This document shows, piece after piece, positions 1 to 10,836 of a stretch of DNA of 64,000 nt; the stretch's first letter is position 1, and each line of letters opens with the position of its first letter. Position numbers and translations under genes: made by a program. The DNA comes from Patescibacteria group bacterium UBA2196 (GTDB lineage: Bacteria > Patescibacteriota > Patescibacteriia > UBA2196): contig DCVE01000013.1 in NCBI GenBank assembly GCA_002328025.1, forward strand, positions 42,579-106,578. Direction: 5' to 3'. The notes below the pieces were generated by a model. The model saw nothing but the letters and a program-made list of their open reading frames with translations, had not been told where the DNA came from and did no database searches.

Positions 1-58
1 AGCAATTGTTTATCATGATTATTATTTTCCGACCACTAAAAATAAAAATCGTTATTTT

Positions 59-406
59 TTGATGGAGAAAAACAGGTTGTATATAATTTTAAAATTTTAT
101 AAACTCAAAACTCTATTGTTAATTTGGCCAATGTTGCTTTTTATGGATTTGGGACAACTTTATTTTGCTTTAAAAAGTGGTTATTTTTGGCAGTGGTTAG
201 AGGTTCATTTTTGGTTTTTAATTAATATAAAATCTTGGCTAAAAGCTCGTAAAAAAATTCAAGTGGCAAGAGAAATTGACGACGTTGAGTTGACAAAGAA
301 TTTTGTCAGTCAAATAAAGTTTCAAGAGGTTAGTAATTTTTTGTTAGACAAAATTGCTAATCCAGTTATGAAATTTTATTGGCAGCAGATTAAAAAATTT
401 ATTTAA
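59..406 (+). CDS. hypothetical protein (possibly partial/edge ORF)
   Basis: ORF track; no recognisable motifs; low-complexity AT-rich. Confidence 0.3.
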   Translation: MMEKNRLYIILKFYKLKTLLLIWPMLLFMDLGQLYFALKSGYFWQWLEVHFWFLINIKSWLKARKKIQVAREIDDVELTKNFVSQIKFQEVSNFLLDKIANPVMKFYWQQIKKFI

Positions 407-413
407 TTTTTTT

Positions 414-1529
414 ATGAAAATAGCTCAAATAACGTGTGTTTATCCGCCTTATGGTGGTGGAATTGGAAAAGTTGCCGCCATGCAAAGCAATGGTTTGTCT
501 GAATATGGTGAAAGCGTGGAGGTGTTTACGCCTGACTTTGGTGGTGAAAAAATAACAGGCAAAAATTTTAAAATTAATTACTTGAAGCCGGTTGTCAAAT
601 ATGGTAACGCGGCTTTTTTGCCGCAACTTTTATGGCGACTAAAAGGTTTTGATACAATAATTTTACATTATCCTTTTTTTGGTACACTAGAAATCTTATG
701 GTTTATAAAAAAAATCGGTTTTTGGAGAGGTAAGATTTTTGTTTATTATCACATGGATTTTATACCAACAAATTTATTTTTGAAGTTTTTTTCTTTACCT
801 AGTCGTATGATTTTAAAATCATTTTTAAAAATGGCCGTCAAAATTATGGTGCAGTCACTTGATTATACGATGCATTCTAAATTAAAAAATTTTTATTTGG
901 CGTATAAAGATAAATTTGTAGAAATAGCTTTGGGAGCTGATTTAAAACCAATAGTTTATAAACAACAACAGATGGTCAATGAAAATTTTATTTTGTTTGT
1001 GGGCGGAATGGATCGGGCGCATTATTTTAAAGGGGTGGATGTTTTATTAAACGCATTTAGCCAATTAGTTTTACAACACCAAAAGATAAAACTGTTTTTA
1101 GTTGGCGATGGTGATTTACGGGCAGAATATGAAAAATTAGCTATGGATTTGGGTTTAACAGAAAAAGTAAAATTTTTTGGCAGAGTAAATGATGTAGAAA
1201 AAGAACAGCTTTATAGTGAATGTGAATTTTTAGTTTTACCGTCGATTAATTCCGGTGAGGCATTTGGTATGGTATTGGTGGAGGCCATGACTTATAACAA
1301 AGCAGTTGTGGCAACGGATTTGTCTGGTGTGCGCATGGTGTGTAAAGACGGAATTAATGGGCTTTTAGCGCGGCCTGGAGATATAAAAGATTTAGCAGAA
1401 AAAATGCAGATACTTTTGGCAGATCAAAAATTACGCAGTAGGTTTGGCGAAGCTGGCAGAAAAATGGTAGAAGAAAAATTTAATTGGAAAGCGCATGTTA
1501 ATAAGTTGGAAGAAATTTTAAATTTTTAA
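414..1529 (+). CDS. glycosyltransferase family 1 (GT4-like)
   Basis: C-terminal GT1 motif EAFGMVLVEAM...; typical 370 aa length. Confidence 0.8.
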   Translation: MKIAQITCVYPPYGGGIGKVAAMQSNGLSEYGESVEVFTPDFGGEKITGKNFKINYLKPVVKYGNAAFLPQLLWRLKGFDTIILHYPFFGTLEILWFIKKIGFWRGKIFVYYHMDFIPTNLFLKFFSLPSRMILKSFLKMAVKIMVQSLDYTMHSKLKNFYLAYKDKFVEIALGADLKPIVYKQQQMVNENFILFVGGMDRAHYFKGVDVLLNAFSQLVLQHQKIKLFLVGDGDLRAEYEKLAMDLGLTEKVKFFGRVNDVEKEQLYSECEFLVLPSINSGEAFGMVLVEAMTYNKAVVATDLSGVRMVCKDGINGLLARPGDIKDLAEKMQILLADQKLRSRFGEAGRKMVEEKFNWKAHVNKLEEILNF

Positions 1530-1532
1530 TTT

Positions 1533-2249
1533 ATGGTTTATATTGTTATTCCAACCTATAATGAAAAAGAAAATATTGAAAAATTGGTACGCGAAATTTG
1601 TAAACAACCAATTAGAGGTCTACGTGTTTTAATTGTGGATGACAATTCTCCCGATGGCACCGGTAAAATAGCCGATAAACTAAGTTTAGAATTACCGGTG
1701 GATGTTTTACATCGTGAAAAAAAACAGGGTTTGGGCGTGGCCTATCGAGCGGGATTTAAATATGCTTTGCAAAAAGGCGCTGATTTTATTTTTGAAATGG
1801 ATGCTGATTTTTCGCATCAGCCTCAAGATTTATCGCGGTTGCTTCTAGAATGTCAAAATGGTGCGGCTTTAGCTATTGGTTCACGAAAGGTTAAGGGCGG
1901 CAAGATTATAGGTTGGAATTTTAAAAGAAAATTATACTCCAACGGTGCCATGTGGCTGGCTAAAATTTTATTAGGTTTAAAAACACGTGATATTACGGCT
2001 GGTTTTCGCTGTTTTCGAGCCGAAACTTTAAAAAAGATAGATTATGAGAATATCCAGAGTAATGGCTATGCTTTCCAAGTAGAAATGGTTTATCGTTTAG
2101 AAAAAGCTGGTCTAAAAATTACAGAAGTGCCAGTCGTTTTTCCAGATCGAGAATTTGGAAAATCAAAGTTGAATAGAAAAGATATAATTGAATTTTTTAG
2201 GAAAGTATTTAAACTTTTTTTGTATCGTATTTGTAAAAATAAAGTATGA
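1533..2249 (+). CDS. GT2 polyprenol-phosphate glycosyltransferase (dolichol-P-mannose synthase-like)
   Basis: N-terminal IVIPTYNE...VDDNSPDGT; DxD-type GT-A fold signature; start is 4 bp after the upstream stop. Confidence 0.8.
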   Translation: MVYIVIPTYNEKENIEKLVREICKQPIRGLRVLIVDDNSPDGTGKIADKLSLELPVDVLHREKKQGLGVAYRAGFKYALQKGADFIFEMDADFSHQPQDLSRLLLECQNGAALAIGSRKVKGGKIIGWNFKRKLYSNGAMWLAKILLGLKTRDITAGFRCFRAETLKKIDYENIQSNGYAFQVEMVYRLEKAGLKITEVPVVFPDREFGKSKLNRKDIIEFFRKVFKLFLYRICKNKV

Positions 2250-3601
2250 ATTATTTATTGAAAAACAAATTTAATATTTTATTTGTAGTATTTTTTTTGT
2301 TGCTCTTTGCTTTTCGTTTACATAATGCTATAAATTTTAATTCTTACTGGGGTTATGATGGTGGAGCGCATTTGGAATACATAAAAACTGCGATGCAAAA
2401 CTGGAGACTGCCGACAATGGCAGAAAACTATTTGGCCTGGCATGAGCCGGGTTTTTATTTTTTAAACGCTTTATTGGGGTGGGCAACGCAACCAATTTGT
2501 CAGGCTAACTTTTTGGGTTGTACAATTAAAATTTTACAAATAATCTCTTCTTTTATAAGTGTTTTTTTAATTTTTTTAGTTTATAAAATAGCACAAAAGT
2601 TTTCAAGTGATAAAAAAGTTTGGCTGGCGTCCGTAATTGGTAGCAGTTTAATTTCGGTGATGACCGAAACGGCCAATTATTTGACCAATGAATTATGGGT
2701 GGCTTTTTTAACACTCTTATTAATTTATTATTTTATTATTTTTTCACAAAAAGGCTGGAACAAAAAAAGAATTATTTTAATGGGCATACTTTCTGGTGTG
2801 GCCTTGTTAATAAAATTGTCGGCAGTTATCTTTGTGTTGGCGCTTTTGATATGGTTTGTTTATAAAGCCTTTTATGAGTGCAAAATTAAATGGTTGTGGT
2901 ATGGCTTATTGTTTTTAGTGGTGGCGGGCGGTATTTATGCGCCGTGGATTTTTTATAAACAAAAACATTTTGGGAATGGTTTGTCTATAAATATTTATGA
3001 AGACCAACTTAATGACAAAGGAATTTTATCTAAAAATTTTTTTTTGCACGTTAGTGGTGAGATATTTAGGCAGCCGTTTTGGATGAGTTCAAAAGATTCT
3101 TTTTTTAGTGTGGTGTTTGCCGATGCTTTTAGCGATTATTATACAATTGCCAATAATGTTGATAAAAATAATTTAAATTTTCCAGCCGACCAGAAAATTT
3201 TGACTGAAAGCGGTAATTTGGTAAGTGTTAAAAAATTTCAATTTTCAATTTTATTGTTATATTTTTCTTTGGTGTTTATTTTTATTTTTGCTGCTGGCGT
3301 GCTAGGATTATTTTGGTATTGGATAAAAAATGGTTTTAGACCGAATGTTAACTTTTTCTTTCTAATTTTTATTGGTGGTTCTTTTTTAGCCCTGGCTTTT
3401 AATGTGTACAAATTTCCGTTTTTGGAGCGCGGAACTTTAAAAGCGAGTTTTATTCTGTCAGTTTGGCCGTTACTCATGATTATCAGCTGGGCCTGGCTGA
3501 GTATGGTTTTAAAAAAATTTAAATTTGAATTTTTATGGTTAGCGGTTTGGTTTTTGATTTTAATTTGGTCAGTTTTTTCTGTGGCTATTAATTGGATATA
3601 A
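2246..3601 (+). CDS. integral membrane GT-C fold glycosyltransferase (ArnT/PMT-like)
   Basis: more than 10 predicted TM helices; sits downstream of the GT2 polyprenol-P sugar synthase, the typical pairing. Confidence 0.6.
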   Translation: MNYLLKNKFNILFVVFFLLLFAFRLHNAINFNSYWGYDGGAHLEYIKTAMQNWRLPTMAENYLAWHEPGFYFLNALLGWATQPICQANFLGCTIKILQIISSFISVFLIFLVYKIAQKFSSDKKVWLASVIGSSLISVMTETANYLTNELWVAFLTLLLIYYFIIFSQKGWNKKRIILMGILSGVALLIKLSAVIFVLALLIWFVYKAFYECKIKWLWYGLLFLVVAGGIYAPWIFYKQKHFGNGLSINIYEDQLNDKGILSKNFFLHVSGEIFRQPFWMSSKDSFFSVVFADAFSDYYTIANNVDKNNLNFPADQKILTESGNLVSVKKFQFSILLLYFSLVFIFIFAAGVLGLFWYWIKNGFRPNVNFFFLIFIGGSFLALAFNVYKFPFLERGTLKASFILSVWPLLMIISWAWLSMVLKKFKFEFLWLAVWFLILIWSVFSVAINWI

Positions 3602-3607
3602 TATTTT

Positions 3608-4792
3608 ATGAAAATTTGTTTAATCAATAATTTATACGATCCCTATACCAAAGGTGGGGCAGAAACAGTGGTAAAAGCTACAGCTGATGGTTTGGTTAAA
3701 AACGGACACACCGTCATGATAATTACCGCCGGTAGAAAAGATGAAACAATTGAGCAAGATATTAAAATTTACCGCATCAGGGCGTGGAATTTTTTTTCTT
3801 TTTTTGACATTGATAAAAAACCAGCTTTTCTGCGTTTAGTGTGGTGGTTTTTTAATATTTTTAATTTAAGTGTTGTTAAAAAAGTTGAAAGAATTTTACA
3901 ACAAGAACACCCAGATTTGGTGCATACGCACAACTTAAGTGGTTTGAGTTTTTTATTACCACGCAGTATTAAAAAATTAAAAATAAAACACATCCATACT
4001 TTGCATGATATTCAATTGGTTTATCCGTCTGGGCAATTAATTTATGATCAAGAAAAGAATTTTATTAACACCTTTTTTTTAAGGGTTTGGTATGAAAAAT
4101 TAGTACGTACGTTGTTTAATTCGCCACAAATAATTATTTCACCTTCGCAGTGGCTGTTAGATTTTTATCTGAAAAAGAATTTTTTTACCCACAGTCAAAA
4201 GGAATTGGTTTTAAACCCAAGCACTCAAATTTTTGATGGTCAACTTAGATTACCAAAAATTAAAGTTGATGAATTTAATTTTTTATATGTGGGCAGGGTG
4301 GAAGAATATAAAGGGATTATGTTATTAATACAAGCTTTTAAAAAAATATCCATGAGTGATAAAAAGGTTTTTTTACACATTGCTGGTACTGGACGCGAAA
4401 TGAAAAAAGCACATAGTTTGGCTGCAGAAAGCGAAAATATTTTTTTCTATGGTCAATTAGAAAGAGAACGTTTGACAGATTTGTACGGACAGGCGCAAGT
4501 TTTGATATTACCAACTTTGACCTATGAAAACGCGCCAACAGTTATTGTGGAAGCTTTTAGCCGTGGTTTGCCTGTTATTGCCTCTAATCTTGGCGGGATT
4601 ATTGAATTAGTACAAGAAGATAAGACGGGTTTTTTGTTTAAACCAGGCGACATTGAGGGTTTGGTAAAAACCATGTTGAATGTTTTAGATAATGACAACC
4701 TAAATAATTTAAGTCAGAATTGTTGGCAACGCGCTAAAAAACATAATTTAGACATGTATATAAAAAGGCTGGAAGAAATTTATTTAAGCTAA
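3608..4792 (+). CDS. glycosyltransferase family 1
   Basis: KICLINNLYDPYTKGGAE N-term; C-term E-x7-E GT1 motif (VIVEAFSRGLPVIAS). Confidence 0.75.
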   Translation: MKICLINNLYDPYTKGGAETVVKATADGLVKNGHTVMIITAGRKDETIEQDIKIYRIRAWNFFSFFDIDKKPAFLRLVWWFFNIFNLSVVKKVERILQQEHPDLVHTHNLSGLSFLLPRSIKKLKIKHIHTLHDIQLVYPSGQLIYDQEKNFINTFFLRVWYEKLVRTLFNSPQIIISPSQWLLDFYLKKNFFTHSQKELVLNPSTQIFDGQLRLPKIKVDEFNFLYVGRVEEYKGIMLLIQAFKKISMSDKKVFLHIAGTGREMKKAHSLAAESENIFFYGQLERERLTDLYGQAQVLILPTLTYENAPTVIVEAFSRGLPVIASNLGGIIELVQEDKTGFLFKPGDIEGLVKTMLNVLDNDNLNNLSQNCWQRAKKHNLDMYIKRLEEIYLS

Positions 4793-4829
4793 TTTGCTTA
4801 GATATTTTTTTTGTGTCATAATGTTTTAT

Positions 4830-5501
4830 ATGTCAGATAATAAAGAAAAAACTCAACAGCTTTTGGAAGAAAAAATTAAAGCCTTAAATGAAGCACCAGA
4901 TTTTAAGGAATATTTTAAATTGACGCGCGACATAAATCGCGAGTTTATTGGTACTTGGGAGTTTATAGAAAAATTTTTGGAGCCCGATCCGATTTTATCT
5001 TATAAATTTTTGATTGAAAGTTTTGGTAAAAAAGCTGAATTAGACAAAGAAAATAATAAATTAGAAAAAGATAAAGAAGAAACGATAGAAAAGTTTACTA
5101 AGCAGGTTTTGGATCTTTTTGAAAAACGTGATTTTGAAAAAACTACGCAGCAGCTTTTTTATGTATTACTGGGTAATGTGATGGAACACGTTGGTCAAGC
5201 CGAAACTGATGTAAATAAATTTAATTTAGAAACTGATCTGTACCCAAAATTAAAAATGCCTTTGTCGTTGGCGTTTTTTATGTTTCAAAATTTGGCCTTT
5301 GGGCCAGTCGCTGCCAAAATTAACACCTTAAGTCCAGAGTATTTAAGAAAATATTGCGCATTGGTTTTGGGTTTGTGGCGGACTGTATTTGAACTGATGG
5401 CCTATGAAAGACACATGGCTAAACATGATAAAGGACACCATGCAACCCACCAACATGATGATATGGTGATAAAAAATGATGCACAAAAGGAGCAAGAGTA
5501 A
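4830..5501 (+). CDS. hypothetical protein, His-rich C-terminus
   Basis: ORF track (start moved to internal MSDNK); charged coiled-coil-like; C-term HDKGHHATHQHDD. Confidence 0.5.
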   Translation: MSDNKEKTQQLLEEKIKALNEAPDFKEYFKLTRDINREFIGTWEFIEKFLEPDPILSYKFLIESFGKKAELDKENNKLEKDKEETIEKFTKQVLDLFEKRDFEKTTQQLFYVLLGNVMEHVGQAETDVNKFNLETDLYPKLKMPLSLAFFMFQNLAFGPVAAKINTLSPEYLRKYCALVLGLWRTVFELMAYERHMAKHDKGHHATHQHDDMVIKNDAQKEQE

Positions 5502-5576
5502 GAATAAATGCAATTAATTTTTTGAATTAACTATTACGGATTAGGAAAATAGATTCACTTTTGGGGTGGATCTTTT

Positions 5577-5605
5577 TTGACAAAAACCTTATTTTTTGTT
5601 AATAT
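5577..5605 (+). promoter_or_regulatory. sigma70-like promoter for rnpB
   Basis: TTGACA-17 nt-TAATAT, placing the TSS about 10 nt upstream of the RNase P RNA 5' end. Confidence 0.45.
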
Positions 5606-5616
5606 AAATATTGTCT

Positions 5617-5990
5617 AAGGGGTGGGTGAGCAATCGCCCTAATATCCGCTAATTGGTGGATTGTTGGGGAGGAAAGTCCGGACGCCACACAAAGGATAGT
5701 TCTGAAACAGAACCGAGCATAAGAAATACAAGAAAAATAAGTTACGATCGTTTTATTTTTCTTGGTCAATTTTAAAACTCCGAGCAAGCGCCACAGAAAA
5801 TAAACCGCCTTGTTAGTTAAAAGACTCACGAGGTAAGGATGAAACCGCGGTGTAAGAGACCACGCGCTTCTATGGTGACATAGATTTGGGTAAGCCTTAT
5901 CCGGCGCAAGTCCCTTTAAAAGGACGCGTTAGATAGATGATTGCATTCCGTTTAGACGGAAACAGAATCCGGCTTATGATCCCACCCTTT
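5617..5990 (+). ncRNA. rnpB: RNase P RNA (bacterial type A)
   Basis: conserved P4 strands GGAGGAAAGTCCGGAC and AACAGAATCCGGCTTA; terminal P1 pairing AAGGGGTGGG/CCCACCCTT; GC-rich in an AT-rich background; no ORF. Confidence 0.85.
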
Positions 5991-6012
5991 GGATATATAA
6001 GAATTTTAATTT

Positions 6013-7404
6013 ATGAAAAAAAATGATTTGACCTTTTCAGCTATTTTGGTGCCTTTGGACTATGTTATGTTGATAGCGGCGGCAACAGCTGCCTATTTTT
6101 TGCGTTATGTTTCATGGATCCAGACAATCAGGCCGGTGATTTTTAATTTGGAATTTAATCAATATTTTAATTATGTGTGTTTAATTGCTGTGGGTTGGTT
6201 AGTTATTTTTATTATTGCCGGGTTGTATCAAATTAAGGGTCCGACAAAAATTTTTGACGAGGTAGGTAAAATTTTTTTGGCTTGTTCAACCGGGATGTTG
6301 GCAGTTATTGTTGGAGCGTTTTTTTCGCGTGAACTTTTTAATTCACGTTTTATTTTGTTGGCAGCTTGGATTTTTTCAATTGTGTTTGTGTTATTAGCCA
6401 GATTAATTGTGCGTTTGGTACAATACATTTTGTTGGGTAAGGGTTTGGGAGTCAGGCGGGTGGTAATGATCGGCGCAAACGATTCAGCAGATGATATCGC
6501 TAAGGAAATGTATAGAAATAAACGTTTGGGATATTTGTTGGTGGCTCGTTTTGATGATTTTAATAATGGCACATCAGAAGAATTAGATAAACTTTATCAA
6601 GCTAATAGATTTGATGAAATTATTCAAGCAGATGCCGGTTTGAGTCGTGAACAAAACATGGCATTGTTAGATTTTGCGGACGAAAAACATTTAGTTTTTA
6701 AGTATGCAGCTGATTTTTTTACTACCCAAAGTCCCAGAGTTGATTTGTATACCATTGCTGGTGTACCAGTTGTAGAGGTAAAGCGCACAGTTTTGGATGG
6801 CTGGGGAAAAATTTTAAAACGCGTTTTTGATATTTTTTTTGCCATACTGTCTTTAATTATTTTAATACCGCTGTTTTTGATTATTGCGTTGCTGGTTAAA
6901 GTTGATTCCGTGGGCTCAGTATTTTATGGACAAAAAAGAGTGGGGGTTAAGGGTCAGACGATTATAATTTGGAAGTTCAGATCAATGATAAAAAACGCTG
7001 ATGCTTTGAAAGATAAATTATTGGTGCACAATGAAAGAAAAGATGGTCCGCTTTTTAAAATAACCGATGATCCGCGCTTAACTCGGGTTGGTAAAATTTT
7101 GCGACAATGGAGTCTTGATGAATTACCGCAATTATGGAATGTTTTGCGTGGCAGCATGAGCCTAGTTGGTCCGCGGCCACACTTACCAAAAGAAGTTCAA
7201 AATTATGAAAAACAGCAGAAGAAATTATTAAATATTAAACCGGGTATAACCGGTTTGGCACAGGTTTCCGGTCGTTCAGATTTAGAGTTTGCGGAAGAAG
7301 CGCGTTTGGATATTTTTTATATTGAAAATTGGTCTTTTTGGCTGGACTTAATTATTTTAATTAAAACTCCGTGGGTAGTTTTAGCCCGCAAAGGAGCAAA
7401 ATAA
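6013..7404 (+). CDS. polyprenyl-phosphate sugar phosphotransferase (WbaP/bacterial sugar transferase family)
   Basis: N-terminal TM helices; C-terminal bacterial sugar transferase domain (KFRSM...[21 protein letters not shown]). Confidence 0.85.
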   Translation: MKKNDLTFSAILVPLDYVMLIAAATAAYFLRYVSWIQTIRPVIFNLEFNQYFNYVCLIAVGWLVIFIIAGLYQIKGPTKIFDEVGKIFLACSTGMLAVIVGAFFSRELFNSRFILLAAWIFSIVFVLLARLIVRLVQYILLGKGLGVRRVVMIGANDSADDIAKEMYRNKRLGYLLVARFDDFNNGTSEELDKLYQANRFDEIIQADAGLSREQNMALLDFADEKHLVFKYAADFFTTQSPRVDLYTIAGVPVVEVKRTVLDGWGKILKRVFDIFFAILSLIILIPLFLIIALLVKVDSVGSVFYGQKRVGVKGQTIIIWKFRSMIKNADALKDKLLVHNERKDGPLFKITDDPRLTRVGKILRQWSLDELPQLWNVLRGSMSLVGPRPHLPKEVQNYEKQQKKLLNIKPGITGLAQVSGRSDLEFAEEARLDIFYIENWSFWLDLIILIKTPWVVLARKGAK

Positions 7405-7480
7405 ACTTAAAACAGCCGTGGGGCTATTTTTAGTTGGATTTAAGGTTGTGTTTTGGGTATTAAATTGGTAAGATAAAAAA

Positions 7481-8572
7481 ATGAAAATCGCCCTCATTAA
7501 CGACATGTTGGTTCAAGAAGGCGGGCAAGAAAGAGTGTTGCGCGCTTTGCAAGAGCTTTATCCAGAGAGCCCGACTTTTGTTTTAATTTATGATGAACAA
7601 AAAAAAGCCAAGTATTACAGAGAATCAGATTTAAGGGCTTCTTTTTTACAGCACATGCCAGGTATTAAAACAAAGTATCAATGGTATTTACCACTGATGC
7701 CTATGGCCATAGAAGCACATGATTTAAAAGCTTTTGATGTCATTATTTCTTCCAGCTCATCTTTTGCTAAAGGTGTAATTACTAAACCCGAAACCTCCCA
7801 TATTTGTTATTGTCACACACCAACCAGATATTTGTGGTCTGATTTTAAAGGTTATGTAGAAGACCTACCCTATCCTGGTGTAATTAAGAAATTTTTACCA
7901 TTTTATTTATCTTTTTTGCGTAATTGGGATTGGTCAGCGGCACAACGAGTGGATTATTTTTTGAGTAATTCCAAAAACGTGCAAAGTCGTGTTAAAAAAT
8001 ATTATCAAAAAGATTCGACAATAATTTATCCACCAGTTGAGGTGGAGAAATTTTCTATTGCCAATAAAATTAAAGATTACTATTTAATTGGTGGACGGTT
8101 GGTGCCTTATAAGCGTTATGATGTGGCAATTAAGGCTTTTAATAAATTAGATCTACCACTCAAGGTCTTTGGTACTGGGCCAGAAGCGAATAACCTTAGA
8201 AAGATAGCAAAAAATAATATTGAGTTTTTGGGCGAAGTTACAGATGATGAAAAGATGCAACTATATAGTCAAGCGATAGCTTTTATAAATCCACAAGAAG
8301 AAGATTTTGGTATTACAGCCGTGGAAGCGATGGCAGCCGGTCGTCCGGTAATTGCTTATGAAGCCGGAGGTGCCTTAGAGACAGTTGAGCCAAATTTGAG
8401 TGGAGAATTTTTTGAAGATCAAACTTGGGAAAGTTTGGCTAATACAATCATTCATTTTAAACCAGAGAAATATGATGCACAAAAAATACGTGCGCACGCT
8501 GGACAGTTTAGTAAAGAAAATTTTCAGCGTCAAATGATAGAGTTTGTAGATAAAATTAGTAACAAAAAATAG
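7481..8572 (+). CDS. glycosyltransferase family 1
   Basis: GT1 C-terminal motif EDFGITAVEAMAAGRPVIA. Confidence 0.75.
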   Translation: MKIALINDMLVQEGGQERVLRALQELYPESPTFVLIYDEQKKAKYYRESDLRASFLQHMPGIKTKYQWYLPLMPMAIEAHDLKAFDVIISSSSSFAKGVITKPETSHICYCHTPTRYLWSDFKGYVEDLPYPGVIKKFLPFYLSFLRNWDWSAAQRVDYFLSNSKNVQSRVKKYYQKDSTIIYPPVEVEKFSIANKIKDYYLIGGRLVPYKRYDVAIKAFNKLDLPLKVFGTGPEANNLRKIAKNNIEFLGEVTDDEKMQLYSQAIAFINPQEEDFGITAVEAMAAGRPVIAYEAGGALETVEPNLSGEFFEDQTWESLANTIIHFKPEKYDAQKIRAHAGQFSKENFQRQMIEFVDKISNKK

Positions 8573-8576
8573 AAAA

Positions 8577-8612
8577 ACCCTAAGAATAATAATTTTGAGG
8601 GTTTTTATTATT
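8577..8612. terminator. putative bidirectional intrinsic terminator between convergent genes
   Basis: imperfect hairpin AACCCTAAGA...TTTTGAGGGTT flanked by A- and T-runs. Confidence 0.35.
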
Positions 8613-8628
8613 GTGAGAATGTTTTTTA

Positions 8629-10713
8629 TTAATACTTAAAAATCCAGGCTTTGCCGGCCATAATTTCCCAGCTTTCCTTGGCAGTGTTTTTGCCATCAAT
8701 TACAAGTTTTTTGTAGTTAGTCCAATAATCATTAAAGATTAAATATATGTTTTGAACACCGGTAAGCTGTTTAGCAGAGCTAATAAATTTTGGTTGAATA
8801 CCTTGATAAGTAATGTCAAGATAAATTTGATAAAGCGGGGAAGATGTTGGTAGGGGATAATAAAAGAGATTGTTATAATATTTTTTGAAACCAAATTCTT
8901 GTAAAGCAGCAGCCGCAGTTGATTGATTGGCTAGAACCACATAATTATCAGTGATATTTTTTTGTTCAACAAGTTGAACGGCCTGTAGATCGGCTGTGGA
9001 TACGCCGTAGCCTTTGTTTTTTTCTAGACGGTCATAACGCGGATAAGAAAAATAAAAAATTGAGACAGCAATAAAAGATAGTGTAAAAATTAATAAGCTA
9101 ATTTTTTTTGAATCATATTTTTTATCCAGTTTAAAAACAGTGGCTAGATATAATAAAAATGGTAAAGCAAAAAAATAGGCAGCATGTACAAAGCGCATGG
9201 GGAAAATATTTTGTTCGTAACTAATTACAGCACTAAAGTTTAGGCATTTTAATAATAAGGCGTTAAATAATAAAATAAAAATAAGCCAAGGAAAAATAAA
9301 TATTTTTTTATCAGTTATTACGGAATGGGTTTTATAAAATTTCCAAAAACCAAGGCTGCTGCCCAGAATTACTAATAAAATAAAATATTTTTTTAATAAA
9401 TATGGTGCATGTAAAAAAGAGTAAAAAGATAAATAATTGTCTTGCGCCAGCCATGTTTTTAATAATTCTTGGGGCCCATTAAAGTTAAAAGTTAAGTTAA
9501 AATTGGGTAACAAAAAAGTGGCGCTCAAAAAAATTATTGGCAGGATAAAAAGAAATATAAGCACAGAAAAATTAAAGACAAGCTTTTGCTGTGGGCGTGT
9601 TTTAAGCCAACACAACCAACAGCACATTAAAGCCGGCAGGCCTGCTAATGGGTGTATGGCTGTAATGCTAAGGCCCAAAAACCACAATTGGTTAATTTTG
9701 AGGGTTGCGGAATTCAGATTTATGAAAACTAGCCAGACAAAAACAATTAAAAAAAGATTGGCTAAGTGTTGAGGTGTGGTAACAAAAAACGAAAATAAAG
9801 TTAGAAGGGCAGCAAACAAGGCCAAAATTTGGGCCATTTTTTTTTCGGCCATTAATTTTAAAAAAGCAAAATAAGTAACCAACGGTATTAACAATGCACC
9901 CAAAATCGGTGCTAAAAATTTGTCAATAATAGTCAAATTTATGTATGAAATTTTGGCGATAAAAACCGTTAAACCATATTGGCCAATGTAATAGGGTGTT
10001 TGGGGTAAAACAAAACCTTGCGTAAAAATTATTTTTTCGGCAACGCGATGAATAAAAGGGTCAAAGCCGTAGCCAATTTGGTAGATTATAACTGCGACGG
10101 AGGCACTTAAAAAAATTTGTAAGACCACCAGGATGATATTTTTGGAAGAGGGGAATTTAATAATTTCAAATAGCACAAGAAAAGTGGCCAAAAAATAGAG
10201 CAAAAAGAACGGTGTTGGTAAAACTGTCCACGGTGAAACAAGCGCTTCAGAACTACTGTTTATGATTAAAAAGTAAAAGAGTGCAATAAAGAGACCTGAA
10301 TAAATTAGGTTAAGAAAAAAAATAATTTTTTTACTATCTTTTTTATTATTTTCTTCACTACTAATGGATGCAAACGGTTGAGTTGGTGTGGTTTGATTAG
10401 CCGGCAAAAAAATAGTCGTCACCAGCGGCATTAATAACACCAAAAAAATTGAAAAATTAGTTAGCCCCAGAGTATAATAAAGAATTACACTGGACAAGAT
10501 TATCTCAGCTATTAAAAAGATAAAACCTAAAAAAAATCGAAAATATTTTTTTTGACTAAAAAAAATTCGTTGACCAAAATAAAAGCTAAAAAAATAAAAA
10601 TAAATTAAAGTCAGAAGTCCGCCCACAAACGGATTTTTGAATGCCAGCATATTTAACACCAAGACTAAAATTATGAGCAGAGGTTGGATTAAAAATTTGA
10701 TTTTTTGTGACAT
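8629..10713 (-). CDS. large polytopic membrane protein (putative GT-C-like glycosyltransferase/hypothetical)
   Basis: 694 aa, many TM helices, C-terminal soluble domain. Confidence 0.55.
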   Translation of the reverse strand: MSQKIKFLIQPLLIILVLVLNMLAFKNPFVGGLLTLIYFYFFSFYFGQRIFFSQKKYFRFFLGFIFLIAEIILSSVILYYTLGLTNFSIFLVLLMPLVTTIFLPANQTTPTQPFASISSEENNKKDSKKIIFFLNLIYSGLFIALFYFLIINSSSEALVSPWTVLPTPFFLLYFLATFLVLFEIIKFPSSKNIILVVLQIFLSASVAVIIYQIGYGFDPFIHRVAEKIIFTQGFVLPQTPYYIGQYGLTVFIAKISYINLTIIDKFLAPILGALLIPLVTYFAFLKLMAEKKMAQILALFAALLTLFSFFVTTPQHLANLFLIVFVWLVFINLNSATLKINQLWFLGLSITAIHPLAGLPALMCCWLCWLKTRPQQKLVFNFSVLIFLFILPIIFLSATFLLPNFNLTFNFNGPQELLKTWLAQDNYLSFYSFLHAPYLLKKYFILLVILGSSLGFWKFYKTHSVITDKKIFIFPWLIFILLFNALLLKCLNFSAVISYEQNIFPMRFVHAAYFFALPFLLYLATVFKLDKKYDSKKISLLIFTLSFIAVSIFYFSYPRYDRLEKNKGYGVSTADLQAVQLVEQKNITDNYVVLANQSTAAAALQEFGFKKYYNNLFYYPLPTSSPLYQIYLDITYQGIQPKFISSAKQLTGVQNIYLIFNDYWTNYKKLVIDGKNTAKESWEIMAGKAWIFKY

Positions 10714-10836
10714 ATTTTATATGCTAATGATACTTTAAAAAATCATGAAAGGCAAATAATCATAACCAGTAAAAAGTAATAAATTAAAGAAAAAGAGCCT
10801 TTTTATTTTGTTGAGTTAAAATGTTATAATACAACC

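Noticed and set aside
3238-3627. 129-aa minus-strand ORF (and similar antisense ORFs at 6228-6572, 9437-9772, 17128-17496, 38348-38797, 45275-45547)
   Set aside because: All lie antisense within well-supported conserved genes and have low-complexity translations; treated as shadow ORFs.
5599-5829. 76-aa minus-strand ORF
   Set aside because: Lies entirely inside the RNase P RNA gene on the opposite strand; GC-rich structured-RNA sequence routinely yields spurious ORFs.
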